Positions 51,216 to 62,786 of a stretch of 64,000 bases of DNA are shown piece after piece. This stretch comes from Escherichia phage T4_ev151, in the sequence record LR597660; one strand, 5' to 3'. Made by a program: the position numbers and the translations under genes. Numbering within the stretch: the first letter of the stretch is position 1; each line of letters starts with the position of its first letter. The notes under the pieces are model-generated. The model was not told the DNA's origin. It worked only from the letters and a program-made list of their open reading frames with translations, and did not search any database.

Positions 51216-52133
51216 TCAAAATTCATTAATGCTATTAGTTAATTTAGAAAGACCCGCTTTTACAAAATATGAATAAATTTTGCCACGCGGTGGTAATTTA
51301 TATGAATTATAGTAATTCACAATGTTTGAAGCAATATTATCAGGAATATAATCAAAATCAATTAGAACTAAATTTTCTTTATAACGATTATACTCAGATT
51401 CTGAGAGAAGCACCTTAGCTTGCTCACGGTCATTAGCAATAGCTTCAACGATTGAAGTTTTCATTGAAGGAGTTCGTTCACCTTCAACTCTGGTAAACCA
51501 AAAGTCAGATCGTACTTTAACTGAAGCAACGTTATCCTTTTTGTCGCCTTTAAGGATTTTAGTCATACAGTCAATTTCAGCAGAACCGCTTTTAATTTTA
51601 ACCCATTTCTTATGCATCGGTGACCATTGCTTAACATTTGGATATTTGTGAAGCTGTGTAAAGTCACCATCCGACGAAATGATTAAAATCTTGTGTCCTT
51701 CTAAAGAGAACTTTTTAACAAGAACAGCAATATGGTCATCTGCTTCATACTTATCAATATCCATAACAATGTATGGCATATAAGCTTTCAATTCATCTAT
51801 AACTTTATGGCTGGATTCAAAATAACCTTCCCAGTCCCAAGTAGATTCTTCTCGTGCTTTTCCACGGTTTTTCTTATAATAATAAGCAAAATCACGACGC
51901 CAGTATCCAGATTTCGCGTTATCAATACACAGTACAATTTTAGTGTATCCAAGCATTTTTGCTTTTTTGACATTAAACTTAATTGAGTTCAATATCAAAT
52001 GACGAACCATTGATAAATTAATTTTTTCTTTATCTGGGAAGTTTACCAAAGCAGTTGAAAGCGCAATTTGACTAAAGTCAATTAAGCAGATTCCTTCTTT
52101 GTAATCTTCATCCAGCATCATTTCTAAATCCAT
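51216..52133 (-). CDS. rnh: RNase H / 5'-3' exonuclease (FEN-like)
   Basis: 305 aa from ATG 52133 (MDLEMMLDEDYKEGICLIDFSQIAL...), same length as T4 RNase H; track ORF extends 5 codons upstream. Confidence 0.9.
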   Translation of the reverse strand: MDLEMMLDEDYKEGICLIDFSQIALSTALVNFPDKEKINLSMVRHLILNSIKFNVKKAKMLGYTKIVLCIDNAKSGYWRRDFAYYYKKNRGKAREESTWDWEGYFESSHKVIDELKAYMPYIVMDIDKYEADDHIAVLVKKFSLEGHKILIISSDGDFTQLHKYPNVKQWSPMHKKWVKIKSGSAEIDCMTKILKGDKKDNVASVKVRSDFWFTRVEGERTPSMKTSIVEAIANDREQAKVLLSESEYNRYKENLVLIDFDYIPDNIASNIVNYYNSYKLPPRGKIYSYFVKAGLSKLTNSINEF

Positions 52134-52195
52134 ATGAACCTCGTTCAATTAGTGAGATTTCTATTATATACCATCCAAATCTTAAAGTAAACAGG

Positions 52196-52203
52196 TATAA
52201 ATA
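52196..52203 (+). promoter_or_regulatory. T4-type late promoter box TATAAATA upstream of gene 34
   Basis: Exact TATAAATA 35 nt upstream of the gene 34 ATG; RBS AGGAG. Confidence 0.7.
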
Positions 52204-52237
52204 CTTATTATTGAAAACACAATAGGAGCCCGGGAGA

Positions 52238-55200
52238 ATGGCCGAGATTAAAAGAAAGTTCAGAGCAGAAGATGGTCTGGACGCAGGTGGCGATAAAATA
52301 ATCAACGTAGCTTTAGCTGATCGTACCGTAGGAACTGACGGTGTTAACGTTGATTACTTAATTCAAGAAAACACAGTTCAGCAATATGACCCAACTCGTG
52401 GATATTTAAAAGATTTTGTAATCATTTATGATAACCGCTTTTGGGCTGCTATAAATGATATTCCAAAACCGGCAGGAGCTTTTAATAGCGGACGCTGGAG
52501 AGCATTACGTACCGACGCAAACTGGATCACAGTTTCATCCGGTTCGTATCAATTAAAATCTGGCGAAGCAATTTCGGTTAATACTGCAGCTGGAAATGAC
52601 ATCACATTTACTTTACCATCTACTCCAATTGATGGTGATACTATCGTTCTCCAAGATATTGGAGGAAAACCTGGAGTTAACCAAGTTTTAATTGTAGCTC
52701 CAGTGCAAAGTATTGTAAACTTTAGAGGTGAACAGGTACGTTCAGTACTAATGACTCATCCAAAGTCACAGCTAGTTTTAATTTTTAGTAATCGTCTGTG
52801 GCAAATGTATGTTGCTGATTATAGTAGAGAAGCTGTAATTGTAACACCAGCAAGTCTCTATCAGGCGCAATCTAATGATTTTATCGTACGTAGATTTACT
52901 TCTGCTGCACCAATTAATATTAAACTTCCAAGATTTGCTAATCATGGCGATATTATTAATTTCGTCGATTTGGATAAATTAAATCCACTTTATCATACAA
53001 TTGTTACTACATACGATGAAACGACTTCAGTACAAGAAGTTGGAACTCATTCCATTGAAGGCCGTACATCGATTGACGGTTTCTTGATGTTTGATGATAA
53101 TGAGAAATTGTGGAGATTGTTTGACGGGGATAGTAAAGCACGTTTACGCATTATAACGACTAATTCTAATATTCGTCCAAACGAAGAAGTTATGGTATTT
53201 GGTGCGAATAACGGAACAACTCAGACAATTGAACTTCAGCTTCCGACTGATATTTCTGTTGGTGATACTGTTAAAATTTCCATGAATTACATGAGAAAAG
53301 GACAAACAGTTAAAATCAAAGCTGCCGGTGAAGATAAAATTGCTTCTTCAGTTCAATTGCTGCAATTCCCAAAACGTTCAGAGTATCCGCCTGAAACTAA
53401 ATGGGTTACAGTCCAAGAATTAGTTTTTAATGGTGAAACTAATTATGTTCCAGTTTTACAGCTTGCTTATATAGAAGATTCTGATGGAAAATACTGGGTT
53501 GTACAACAAAACGTTCCAACTGTAGAAAGAGTTGATTCTTTAAATGATTCTACTAGAGCAAGATTAGGCGTAATTGCTTTAGCTACACAAGCTCAAGCTA
53601 ATGTCGATTTAGAAAATTCTCCACAAAAAGAATTAGCAATTACTCCAGAAACGTTAGCTAATCGTACTGCTACTGAAACTCGCAGAGGTATTGCAAGAAT
53701 AGCAACTACTGCTCAAGTGAATCAGAACACCACATTCTCTTTTGCAGATGACCTTATCATTACTCCTAAAAAGCTGAATGAAAGAACTGCTACAGAAACT
53801 CGCAGAGGTGTCGCAGAAATTGCTACGCAGCAGGAAACTAATACAGGTACTGATGATACTACAATCATTACTCCTAAAAAGCTTCAAGCTCGTCAAGGTT
53901 CTGAGTCATTATCTGGTATTGTAACTTTTGTATCTACTGCAGGTGCTACTCCAGCTTCTAGCCGTGAATTAAATGGTACGAATGTTTATAATAAAAACAC
54001 TAATAATTTAGTTGTTTCACCTAAAGCTTTGGATCAGTATAAAGCTACTCCAACACAGCAAGGTGCAGTAATTTTAGCAGTTGAAAGTGAAGTAATTGCT
54101 GGACAAAGTCAAGAAGGATGGGCAAATGCGGTTGTAACACCAGAAACATTACATAAAAAGACATCAACTGATGACAGAATTGGTTTAATTGAAATTGCTA
54201 CGCAAAGTGAAGTTAATACAGGAACTGATTATACTCGTGCAGTTACTCCTAAAACTTTAAATGACCGTAAAGCAACCGAAAGTTTAAGTGGTATAGCTGA
54301 AATTGCTACACAAGTTGAATTCGACGCAGGCGTCGACGATACTCGTATCTCTACACCATTAAAAATTAAAACCAGATTTAATAGTACTGATCGTACTTCT
54401 GTTGTTGCTTTATCTGGATTAGTTGAATCAGGAACTCTCTGGGACCATTATACCCTTGATATTCTTGAAGCAAATGAGACACAGCGTGGTACACTTCGTG
54501 TGGCTACACAAGTTGAAGCTGCTGCAGGAACATTAGATAATGTTTTAATAACTCCTAAAAAGCTTTTAGGTACTAAATCTACTGAAGCACAGGAAGGTGT
54601 TATTAAAGTTGCAACTCAGTCTGAAACTGTGACTGGAACGTCAGCAAATACTGCTGTATCTCCAAAAAATTTAAAATGGATTGTGCAGAGTGAACCTACT
54701 TGGGCAGCTACTACTTCGATAAGAGGTTTTGTTAAAACTTCATCTGGTTCAATTACATTCGTTGGTAATGATACAGCTGGTTCCACGCAGGACTTAGAAC
54801 TATACGAGAAAAATAGCTATGCAGTATCACCATATGAATTAAACCGTGTATTAGCAAATTATTTACCATTAAAAGCAAAAGCTGCTGATACAAATTTATT
54901 GGATGGTCTAGATTCATCTCAGTTCATTCGTAGGGATATTGCACAGACGGTTAATGGTTCACTAACCTTAACCCAACAAACGAATCTGAGTGCCCCTCTT
55001 GTATCATCTAGTACTGCTACGTTTGGTGGTTCAGTTTCGGCAAATAGTACATTAACTATTTCTAATACTGGAACAGCAACTCGATTGATTTTTGAGAAAG
55101 GACCTCAAACTGGAACAAACCCGGCTCAAACGATGACTGTCAGAGTATGGGGAAATCAATATAGTGGGGAATCAGACACAACACGTTCTACCGTATTTGA

Positions 55201-56107
55201 AGTTAGCGATGAAACATCTAGTCATTTTTATTCTCAGCGCAATAAAGCTGGAAATATAACATTTAATATCAACGGTACAGTAACTCCGATAAATGTTAAT
55301 GCTTCAGGAACATTGAATGCAAATGGTGTAGCAACATTTGGTAATTCAGTTACTGCTAATGGCGAATTTATCGGCAAGTCTGCAAATGCTTTCAGAGCAA
55401 TAAACGGTGATTATGGATTCTTTATCAGGAATGATGGCGGCAGCACATATTTTATGCTCACTGCATCGGGTGATCAGAGTGGCGGATTTAATGGATTACG
55501 TCCATTAGCTATTAATAATGCATCTGGTCAAGTAACGATTGGTGAAAGCTTAATCATCGCCAAAGGTGCTACTATAAATTCAGGTGGTTTGACTGTTAAC
55601 TCGAGAATTCGTTCTCAGGGTACTAAAACCTCTGATTTATATACCCGTGCGCCAACATCTGATACAGTAGGATTCTGGTCAATCGATATTAATGATTCAG
55701 CCACTTATAACCAGTTCCCGGGTTATTTTAAAATGGTTGAAAAAACTAATGAAGTGACTGGACTTCCATACTTAGAACGTGGTGAAGAAGTTAAATCTCC
55801 TGGTACATTGACTCAGTTTGGTAACACACTTGATTCACTTTACCAAGATTGGATTACTTATCCAACGACCCCAGAAGCACGTACCACTCGCTGGACACGT
55901 ACATGGCAGAAAACCAAAAACTCTTGGTCAAGTTTTGTTCAGGTATTTGACGGAGGTAACCCTCCTCAACCTTCAGATATAGGAGCGATCCCATCTGATA
56001 ATGGAATAATAGGTAATCTTACTATTCGCGATTTCTTGCGAATTGGTAATGTTCGCATTATTCCTGACCCAGTGAATAAAACTGTTAAATTTGAGTGGAT
56101 TGAATAA
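52238..56107 (+). CDS. 34: Long tail fibre proximal subunit gp34
   Basis: 1289 aa, same length as T4 gp34; MAEIKRKFRAEDGLDAGGDKIINVALADRTVGTDGVN... Confidence 0.95.
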   Translation: MAEIKRKFRAEDGLDAGGDKIINVALADRTVGTDGVNVDYLIQENTVQQYDPTRGYLKDFVIIYDNRFWAAINDIPKPAGAFNSGRWRALRTDANWITVSSGSYQLKSGEAISVNTAAGNDITFTLPSTPIDGDTIVLQDIGGKPGVNQVLIVAPVQSIVNFRGEQVRSVLMTHPKSQLVLIFSNRLWQMYVADYSREAVIVTPASLYQAQSNDFIVRRFTSAAPINIKLPRFANHGDIINFVDLDKLNPLYHTIVTTYDETTSVQEVGTHSIEGRTSIDGFLMFDDNEKLWRLFDGDSKARLRIITTNSNIRPNEEVMVFGANNGTTQTIELQLPTDISVGDTVKISMNYMRKGQTVKIKAAGEDKIASSVQLLQFPKRSEYPPETKWVTVQELVFNGETNYVPVLQLAYIEDSDGKYWVVQQNVPTVERVDSLNDSTRARLGVIALATQAQANVDLENSPQKELAITPETLANRTATETRRGIARIATTAQVNQNTTFSFADDLIITPKKLNERTATETRRGVAEIATQQETNTGTDDTTIITPKKLQARQGSESLSGIVTFVSTAGATPASSRELNGTNVYNKNTNNLVVSPKALDQYKATPTQQGAVILAVESEVIAGQSQEGWANAVVTPETLHKKTSTDDRIGLIEIATQSEVNTGTDYTRAVTPKTLNDRKATESLSGIAEIATQVEFDAGVDDTRISTPLKIKTRFNSTDRTSVVALSGLVESGTLWDHYTLDILEANETQRGTLRVATQVEAAAGTLDNVLITPKKLLGTKSTEAQEGVIKVATQSETVTGTSANTAVSPKNLKWIVQSEPTWAATTSIRGFVKTSSGSITFVGNDTAGSTQDLELYEKNSYAVSPYELNRVLANYLPLKAKAADTNLLDGLDSSQFIRRDIAQTVNGSLTLTQQTNLSAPLVSSSTATFGGSVSANSTLTISNTGTATRLIFEKGPQTGTNPAQTMTVRVWGNQYSGESDTTRSTVFEVSDETSSHFYSQRNKAGNITFNINGTVTPINVNASGTLNANGVATFGNSVTANGEFIGKSANAFRAINGDYGFFIRNDGGSTYFMLTASGDQSGGFNGLRPLAINNASGQVTIGESLIIAKGATINSGGLTVNSRIRSQGTKTSDLYTRAPTSDTVGFWSIDINDSATYNQFPGYFKMVEKTNEVTGLPYLERGEEVKSPGTLTQFGNTLDSLYQDWITYPTTPEARTTRWTRTWQKTKNSWSSFVQVFDGGNPPQPSDIGAIPSDNGIIGNLTIRDFLRIGNVRIIPDPVNKTVKFEWIE

Positions 56108-56115
56108 GAGGTATT

Positions 56116-57231
56116 ATGGAAAAATTTATGGCAGAGTTTGGACAAGGATATGTCCAAACGCCATTTTTATCGGAAAGCAATTCAGTAAGATATAAAATAA
56201 GCATAGCGGGTTCTTGCCCGCTTTCTACTGCGGGGCCATATGTTAAATTTCAGGATAATCCCGTTGGAAATCAAACATTTAGTGCAGGTCTTCATTTAAG
56301 AGTTTTTGACCCTTCTACGGGAGCATTAGTTGATAGCAAGTCATATGCTTTTTCTGCTTCAAACAATACAACATCTGCCGCTTTTGTCAGTTTCATGAAT
56401 TCTTTGTCAAACAATAGACTTGTTGCTATATTAACTAGCGGAAAGGTTAATTTTCCTCCTGAAGTGGTATCTTGGTTAAGAACCGCCGGAACGTCTGCTT
56501 TTCCATCTGACTCTATATTGTCAAGATTTGATGTATCATATGCTGCTTTTTATACTTCTTCTAAAAGAGCTATTGCATTAGAGCATGTTAAATTAAGTAA
56601 TAGAAAAAGCACAGATGATTATCAAACTATTTTAGATGTTGTATTTGACAGTTTAGAAGACGTTGGAGCTACCGGGTTTCCAAGAAGAACATATGAAAGC
56701 GTTGAGCAGTTTATGTCAGCGGTTGGTGGAACTAATAACGAAATTGCACGTCTACCAACTTCATCCGCGATAAGTAAACTTTCTGACTACAATTTAATTC
56801 CTGGCGATGTTCTTTATCTTAAAGCACAACTATATGCTGATGCCGATTTACTTGCTCTTGGAACTACGAATATATCCATTAGATTTTATAATGAATCGGA
56901 TGGATATATTTCTTCAACACATGCTGAGTTTACTGGTCAAGCTGGGTCATGGGAATTAAAGGAAGACTATGTAGTTGTTCCTGAAAATGCGGTAGGATTT
57001 ACGATATATGCACAAAGAACTGCCCAAGCAGGTCAAGGAGGCATGAGAAATTTAAGTTTTTCTGAAGTATCAAGAAATGGCGGCATTTCAAAACCTGCTG
57101 AATTCGGCGTCAATGGTATTCGTGTTAATTATATCTGTGAATCTGCTTCACCTCCGGATATAATGGTACTTCCTACACAAGCATCGTCTAAAACTGGTAA
57201 AGTGTTTGGGCAAGAATTTAGAGAAGTTTAA
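56116..57231 (+). CDS. 35: Long tail fibre hinge connector gp35
   Basis: 371 aa (T4 gp35 is about 372 aa); follows gene 34. Confidence 0.88.
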   Translation: MEKFMAEFGQGYVQTPFLSESNSVRYKISIAGSCPLSTAGPYVKFQDNPVGNQTFSAGLHLRVFDPSTGALVDSKSYAFSASNNTTSAAFVSFMNSLSNNRLVAILTSGKVNFPPEVVSWLRTAGTSAFPSDSILSRFDVSYAAFYTSSKRAIALEHVKLSNRKSTDDYQTILDVVFDSLEDVGATGFPRRTYESVEQFMSAVGGTNNEIARLPTSSAISKLSDYNLIPGDVLYLKAQLYADADLLALGTTNISIRFYNESDGYISSTHAEFTGQAGSWELKEDYVVVPENAVGFTIYAQRTAQAGQGGMRNLSFSEVSRNGGISKPAEFGVNGIRVNYICESASPPDIMVLPTQASSKTGKVFGQEFREV

Positions 57232-57236
57232 ATTGA

Positions 57237-57262
57237 GGGAGCCTTCGGGTTCCCTTTTTCTT
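57237..57262 (+). terminator. Rho-independent terminator after gene 35
   Basis: GGGAGCC-TTCG-GGTTCCC hairpin followed by TTTTTCTTT. Confidence 0.7.
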
Positions 57263-57270
57263 TATAAATA
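57263..57270 (+). promoter_or_regulatory. T4-type late promoter box TATAAATA upstream of gene 36
   Basis: Exact TATAAATA 24 nt upstream of the gene 36 ATG. Confidence 0.7.
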
Positions 57271-57293
57271 CTATTAAAATAAAGGGGCATACA

Positions 57294-57950
57294 ATGGCTG
57301 ATTTAAAAGTAGGTTCAACAACCGGAGGCTCTGTCATTTGGCATCAAGGAAATTTTCCATTGAATCCAGCCGGTGACGATGTACTCTATAAATCATTTAA
57401 AATATATTCAGAATATAATAAACCACAAGCTGCTGATAACGATTTCGTTTCTAAAGCTAATGGCGGTACTTATTTAAATAAAGTAATTTTTAATAAAGGA
57501 ATGACTGTTCCTGGCGCAGGGTCAGGTGATAATGGTATTTTTGCTGGTCCTGGTGATAGTGCCACGTATGATACTACAAATATGGATATTGTTTCGTGGT
57601 ATGGTATTGGTTTTAAATCATCACAAGGAACAGCAGGTAGAACTGTAGTAATTAACACACGAAATGGAGATATTAGCTCAAAGGGCGTAATTGAAGCATC
57701 ACAAATCCGTGTAACTTCGTTATCACCAGTAAATAATTATGACCTTACGCGGAAAGATTATGTTGATGGAGCAATAAATATTGTTACAGCAAACGCAAAC
57801 TCTAGGGTATTACGCTCTGGAGACACTATGACAGGAAATTTAACTGCGCCAAACCTTTTTTCACAGAATCCTGCATCTCAACCCTCGCATGTTCCACGAT
57901 TTGACCAAATTGTTATTAAGGATTCTGTTCAAGATTTCGGCTATTATTAA
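57294..57950 (+). CDS. 36: Long tail fibre distal connector gp36
   Basis: 218 aa (T4 gp36 is about 221 aa); MADLKVGSTTGGSVIWHQGNFPLNPAGDDVLYKS... Confidence 0.88.
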   Translation: MADLKVGSTTGGSVIWHQGNFPLNPAGDDVLYKSFKIYSEYNKPQAADNDFVSKANGGTYLNKVIFNKGMTVPGAGSGDNGIFAGPGDSATYDTTNMDIVSWYGIGFKSSQGTAGRTVVINTRNGDISSKGVIEASQIRVTSLSPVNNYDLTRKDYVDGAINIVTANANSRVLRSGDTMTGNLTAPNLFSQNPASQPSHVPRFDQIVIKDSVQDFGYY

Positions 57951-57958
57951 GAGGACTT

Positions 57959-60900
57959 ATGGCTACTTTAAAACAAATACAATTTAAAAGAAGCAAAACT
58001 GCAGGAGCACGTCCTGCCGCTTCAGTATTAGCCGAAGGTGAATTGGCTATAAACTTAAAAGACCGTGTACTTTTTACTAAAGATGACCAAGGAAATATTA
58101 TTGATCTGGGTTTTGCTAAAGGCGGTAGTATTGACGGGAATGTTATTCATACAGGCAATTATAACCAAACTGGCGATTATATTTTAAATGGTGTCTTCAC
58201 TCAGACTGGTAATTTTAATTTAACCGGTATTGCTCGAGTAACTCGCGATATTATTGCCGCTGGGCAGATTATGACTGAAGGCGGAGAACTTATTACAAAA
58301 AGTTCAGGTACAGCGCATGTTCGTTTTTTCGATAACAATAGTCGCGAACGCGGAATCATTTATGCCCCGGCTAATGATGGTTTAACTACACAAGTACTTA
58401 ATATCAGGGTTCAAGACTACGCCGCTGGTAGCGAAAGCACTTATGCATTTTCAGGCAGTGGACTATTTACTTCACCTGAAGTATCAGCATGGAAATCTAT
58501 TTCGTCTCCACAAATTCTAACCAACAAAGTCATTACTAATAATAAATCTACGGGTGATTATGACATCTATTCGATGGCAGACAATGTTCCATTGTCTGAA
58601 AGCACTACTGCTATTAATCATCTTCGTGTCATGCGTAATGCCGTTGGTTCTGGTATTTTCCATGAAGTTAAAGATAATGATGGAATAACTTGGTATGCAG
58701 GTGATGGACTTGACACCTATCTTTGGTCATTTACTTGGAGCGGCGGAATTAAATCAAGTCACTCAATTTCTATTGGTTTAACACCTGGTAATAAAGATTA
58801 TTCAATATTAGGACCATCTAGTATTGCTTTAGGAGATAATGATACTGGATTTAAATGGCATCAAGATGGATATTATTTTAGCGTTAATAATGGAACAAAA
58901 ACGTTTTTATTTAGTCCTAGCGAAACAACTAGCCTAAGAAAATTTGTAGCTGGATATTCTACTAACGGAACCGATTTAACTACTCCTCCAACTGAAAACT
59001 ATGCTCTCGCTACTGTCGTGACATATCACGATAATAACGCGTTTGGAGATGGTCAGACTCTTTTAGGATATTATCAAGGCGGTAACTATCATCATTATTT
59101 CCGCGGCAAGGGTACCACAAACATTAATACTCACGGCGGTTTGTTAGTTACTCCTGGTAATATTGACGTTATTGGTGGTTCTGTTAATATCGATGGTAGA
59201 AATAATGCTTCTACACTGATGTTTAGAGGTAACACAACTGGTAGCAGTTCAGTTGATAATATGACAATTTCCGTGTGGGGTAATACCTTTACTAATCCTA
59301 GCGAAGGCACCCGTAAAAATGTCATGGAAATTTCTGACGCAACTAGTTGGATGAGCTATATTCAACGAACAACTGCAGGTAAAGTCGAATCGGTTATAAA
59401 TGGCACCCAGATTGTTAATGAAAACTTGACAGTAGTAAAAAATGCTACATTTGACGGTACAATCAGCGCAGCCGGTGAAATCGCGACAAATGCTGTAAAT
59501 GGTCTTCGCATTTGGAACGCAGATTATGGAGCTATTTTTAGACGTTCAGAAGGAAGTCTTCATATTATTCCAACTGCTTACGGTGAAGGTAAATATGGCG
59601 ATATCGGTCCACTTCGCCCGTTTAGTATGGCTTTAGATACTGGTAAAGTTACTATTCCAGATTTACAATCAAGTTACAATACGTTCGCTGCTAACGGTTA
59701 TATTAAATTTGTTGGTCATGGAGCGGGTGCCGGCGGTTATGACATTCAATATGTTCAAGCGGCTCCTATTTTCCAGGAAATCGATGATGATGCTGTAAGC
59801 AAATATTATCCTATTGTTAAACAGAAGTTTCTAAACGGTAAATCCGTTTGGTCTTTAGGTACTGAAATTAATTCGGGTACATTGGTTATTCATCATCTGA
59901 AAGAAGATGGATCACAAGGCCATACGTCTCGTTTTAATCAAGACGGTACTGTTAACTTCCCTGATAACGTTCAGGTCGGCGGCGGTGAAGCTACTATTGC
60001 TCGTAATGGTAATATTTTCTCGGATATTTGGAAATCGTTCACTTCAGCAGGAGACACTACAAATATTCGTGACGCAATAGCTACCCGTGTTGCCAAAGAA
60101 GGTGATACGATGACCGGCAAGTTGATTATTAGAAGAGATTCTGACGCTATTAACTTAGCTGCGCCTTCAGCAACTGATGCAAGTTACCTTCTTTCTACTG
60201 GCGGTGGAGAAAATCAATGGTATATTGGTAAAGGCGGCGCTGATAATACTGTATCATTCTACAACTATAAAACCAACGGGGCTGTGCAAATTAACTCTAT
60301 TGGTGAAATCGCGCTGATTCCACAAGGTGCTGCAACATTTAACTTTAACCGCGATCGTCTCCATATAAATGGGACTCAATGGACTGCACATCAAGCTGGT
60401 GACTGGGGTAACCAATGGCGTCAAGAAGCTCCTATATTTGTGGATTTTGGTAGTGTCGGTAATGATAGTTATTATCCTATTATTAAAGGAAAATCTGTTA
60501 TTACGAATGAAGGATACGTATCTGGTGTTGATTTCGGTATGCGACGCATTCCTAATAACTGGGCTCAGGCTATTATCCGTGTTGGTAACCAGGAAAATGC
60601 TAGCGATCCGCAAGCTATCTTCGAATTCCACTATAATGGAAACATGTACGTTCCTGACATGGTTAAAGCTGGAGTAAGAATATCAGCTGGTGGAGGTGAC
60701 CCTGTATGGACAGGCGCATGTGTTGTTATTGGTGATAATGATACCGGATTAGTTCATGGTGGTGACGGCCGAATCAATATGGTTGCAAATGGAATGCATA
60801 TTGCTTCATGGTCGTCCGCTTACCATCTCCATGAAGGTCTTTGGGATACCACTGGTGCTTTGTGGACTGAACAAGGAAGAGCTATTATTTCTTTTGGTCA

Positions 60901-61291
60901 TTTAGTCCAACAGAGCGATGCCTATTCCACATTTGTTCGAGATGTTTATGTCCGTTCTGATATTCGTGTTAAAAAAGACCTTGTTAAATTTGAAAATGCT
61001 TCTGAGAAGCTTTCCAAAATTAACGGTTACACTTATATGCAGAAGCGAGGCCTAGATGAAGAAGGCAATCAGAAATGGGAACCTAACGCCGGTTTAATTG
61101 CTCAAGAAGTTCAAGCTATTTTACCAGAATTAGTTGAAGGTGACCCTGATGGCGAAGCTTTACTTCGTTTGAACTATAACGGTATAATTGGTTTAAATAC
61201 AGCTGCAATCAATGAGCATACTGCAGAAATTGCAGAACTTAAATCAGAAATCGAAGAACTTAAAGCATTAGTTAAATCATTGTTAAAATAA
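57959..61291 (+). CDS. 37: Long tail fibre distal subunit gp37, T2-type, with C-terminal intramolecular chaperone domain
   Basis: 1110 aa; [39 protein letters not shown]...; C-terminal ~110 aa begin at an SDIRVKK motif and end in a coiled coil. Confidence 0.9.
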   Translation: MATLKQIQFKRSKTAGARPAASVLAEGELAINLKDRVLFTKDDQGNIIDLGFAKGGSIDGNVIHTGNYNQTGDYILNGVFTQTGNFNLTGIARVTRDIIAAGQIMTEGGELITKSSGTAHVRFFDNNSRERGIIYAPANDGLTTQVLNIRVQDYAAGSESTYAFSGSGLFTSPEVSAWKSISSPQILTNKVITNNKSTGDYDIYSMADNVPLSESTTAINHLRVMRNAVGSGIFHEVKDNDGITWYAGDGLDTYLWSFTWSGGIKSSHSISIGLTPGNKDYSILGPSSIALGDNDTGFKWHQDGYYFSVNNGTKTFLFSPSETTSLRKFVAGYSTNGTDLTTPPTENYALATVVTYHDNNAFGDGQTLLGYYQGGNYHHYFRGKGTTNINTHGGLLVTPGNIDVIGGSVNIDGRNNASTLMFRGNTTGSSSVDNMTISVWGNTFTNPSEGTRKNVMEISDATSWMSYIQRTTAGKVESVINGTQIVNENLTVVKNATFDGTISAAGEIATNAVNGLRIWNADYGAIFRRSEGSLHIIPTAYGEGKYGDIGPLRPFSMALDTGKVTIPDLQSSYNTFAANGYIKFVGHGAGAGGYDIQYVQAAPIFQEIDDDAVSKYYPIVKQKFLNGKSVWSLGTEINSGTLVIHHLKEDGSQGHTSRFNQDGTVNFPDNVQVGGGEATIARNGNIFSDIWKSFTSAGDTTNIRDAIATRVAKEGDTMTGKLIIRRDSDAINLAAPSATDASYLLSTGGGENQWYIGKGGADNTVSFYNYKTNGAVQINSIGEIALIPQGAATFNFNRDRLHINGTQWTAHQAGDWGNQWRQEAPIFVDFGSVGNDSYYPIIKGKSVITNEGYVSGVDFGMRRIPNNWAQAIIRVGNQENASDPQAIFEFHYNGNMYVPDMVKAGVRISAGGGDPVWTGACVVIGDNDTGLVHGGDGRINMVANGMHIASWSSAYHLHEGLWDTTGALWTEQGRAIISFGHLVQQSDAYSTFVRDVYVRSDIRVKKDLVKFENASEKLSKINGYTYMQKRGLDEEGNQKWEPNAGLIAQEVQAILPELVEGDPDGEALLRLNYNGIIGLNTAAINEHTAEIAELKSEIEELKALVKSLLK

Positions 61292-61296
61292 TAAGA

Positions 61297-61310
61297 GGGG
61301 CTTCGGCCCC
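61297..61310 (+). other. Hairpin GGGGC-TTCG-GCCCC between genes 37 and 38
   Basis: Sits 5 nt after the gene 37 stop and 2 nt before the gene 38 RBS (GGAGG 61313-61317); no T-run. Confidence 0.5.
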
Positions 61311-61322
61311 TTGGAGGTTTAT

Positions 61323-62099
61323 ATGGCAGTAGCAGGACCGTGGATAGGAACTTCTGCATTGGCACAGACTGGAGACCATTGGATGGCAGGAGCAGCCGCA
61401 AGATTAAGAATGGGCGTTCCGTTTTGGATGAGTAATATGATAGGTCGATCTGTTGAAGTAATTCACACGCTTGGAGCAGACCATAACTTCAATGGTCAAT
61501 GGTTCCGAGATAGATGTTTTGAGGCAGGTAGTGCACCTATAGTGTTTAATATCACTGGAGATTTAGTATCATATTCTAAAGATGTTCCTTTATTCTTCAT
61601 GTATGGAGATACACCGAATGAATATGTTCAGTTGAATATACACGGCGTAACGATGTATGGACGTGGCGGTAATGGCGGTAGCAATAGTCCTGGCTCAGCT
61701 GGAGGTCATTGTATTCAAAACGATATTGGTGGGAGACTAAGAATCAATAATGGCGGAGCTATTGCAGGCGGCGGTGGCGGCGGTGGCGGCGGATATTATT
61801 CTCCTTTTTCACAAATGAGATTGACCTTTGGTGGTGGTGGCGGTCGTCCTTTTGGTGCGCCAGGCGGATCTATTGATATGCAATCAGGCGCAACTGCTGG
61901 TACTATTTCTGCGCCTGGCGCAGGGTCTGTGAACGGTATCTATAATGGCGGGAATGGTGGTGAAGTTGGCTCCGCAGGAGGTAGATGCAATATTCGCGGT
62001 CAAGGATCTGAATATAATGGCGGCGATGCTGGTTATGCTGTTATAGGGTCTGCTCCAACGTGGATAAATGTTGGAGCAATATATGGTCCAAGAGTATAA
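61323..62099 (+). CDS. 38: T2-type gp38 receptor-binding adhesin with glycine-rich motifs
   Basis: 258 aa from ATG 61323 ([31 protein letters not shown]...); poly-Gly segments ([27 protein letters not shown]); track ORF starts at TTG 61311 inside the hairpin. Confidence 0.85.
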   Translation: MAVAGPWIGTSALAQTGDHWMAGAAARLRMGVPFWMSNMIGRSVEVIHTLGADHNFNGQWFRDRCFEAGSAPIVFNITGDLVSYSKDVPLFFMYGDTPNEYVQLNIHGVTMYGRGGNGGSNSPGSAGGHCIQNDIGGRLRINNGGAIAGGGGGGGGGYYSPFSQMRLTFGGGGGRPFGAPGGSIDMQSGATAGTISAPGAGSVNGIYNGGNGGEVGSAGGRCNIRGQGSEYNGGDAGYAVIGSAPTWINVGAIYGPRV

Positions 62100-62129
62100 T
62101 TTGAATAAATATCCTTAAAAGGAGGGTCT

Positions 62130-62786
62130 ATGGCAGCACCTAGAATATCATTTTCGCCCTCTGATATTCTATTTGGTGTTCTAGATCGCTTGTTCAAAGA
62201 TAACGCTACCGGGAAAGTTCTTGCTTCCCGGGTAGCTGTCGTAATTCTTTTATTTATGATGGCGATTGTTTGGTATAGGGGAGATAGTTTCTTTGAGTAC
62301 TATAAGCAATCAAAGTATGAAACATACAGTGAAATTATTGAAAAGGAAAGAAATGCACGCTTTGAATCTGTCGCCCTGGAACAACTCCAGATAGTTCATA
62401 TATCATCTGAGGCAGACTTTAGTGCGGTGTATTCTTTCCGCCCTAAAAACTTAAACTATTTTGTTGATATTATAGCATATGAAGGAAAATTACCTTCAAC
62501 AATAAGTGAAAAATCACTTGGAGGATATCCTGTTGATAAAACTATGGATGAATATGCAGTTCATTTAAATGGACGTCATTATTATTCCAACTCAAAATTT
62601 GCTTTTTTACCAACTAAAAAGCCTACTCCCGAAATAAACTACATGTACAGTTGTCCATATTTTAATTTGGATAATATCTATGCTGGAACGATAACCATGT
62701 ACTGGTATAGAAATGATCATATAAGTAATGACCGCCTTGAATCAATATGTGCTCAGGCGGCCAGAATATTAGGAAGGGCTAAATAA
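62130..62786 (+). CDS. t: Holin T
   Basis: 218 aa, same length as T4 holin; single transmembrane segment (VAVVILLFMMAIVWY) and large periplasmic domain; RBS AGGAGG. Confidence 0.92.
   Translation: MAAPRISFSPSDILFGVLDRLFKDNATGKVLASRVAVVILLFMMAIVWYRGDSFFEYYKQSKYETYSEIIEKERNARFESVALEQLQIVHISSEADFSAVYSFRPKNLNYFVDIIAYEGKLPSTISEKSLGGYPVDKTMDEYAVHLNGRHYYSNSKFAFLPTKKPTPEINYMYSCPYFNLDNIYAGTITMYWYRNDHISNDRLESICAQAARILGRAK

Noticed and set aside
53654-53896. 80-aa minus-strand ORF inside gene 34
   Set aside because: Antisense to the long tail fibre gene.
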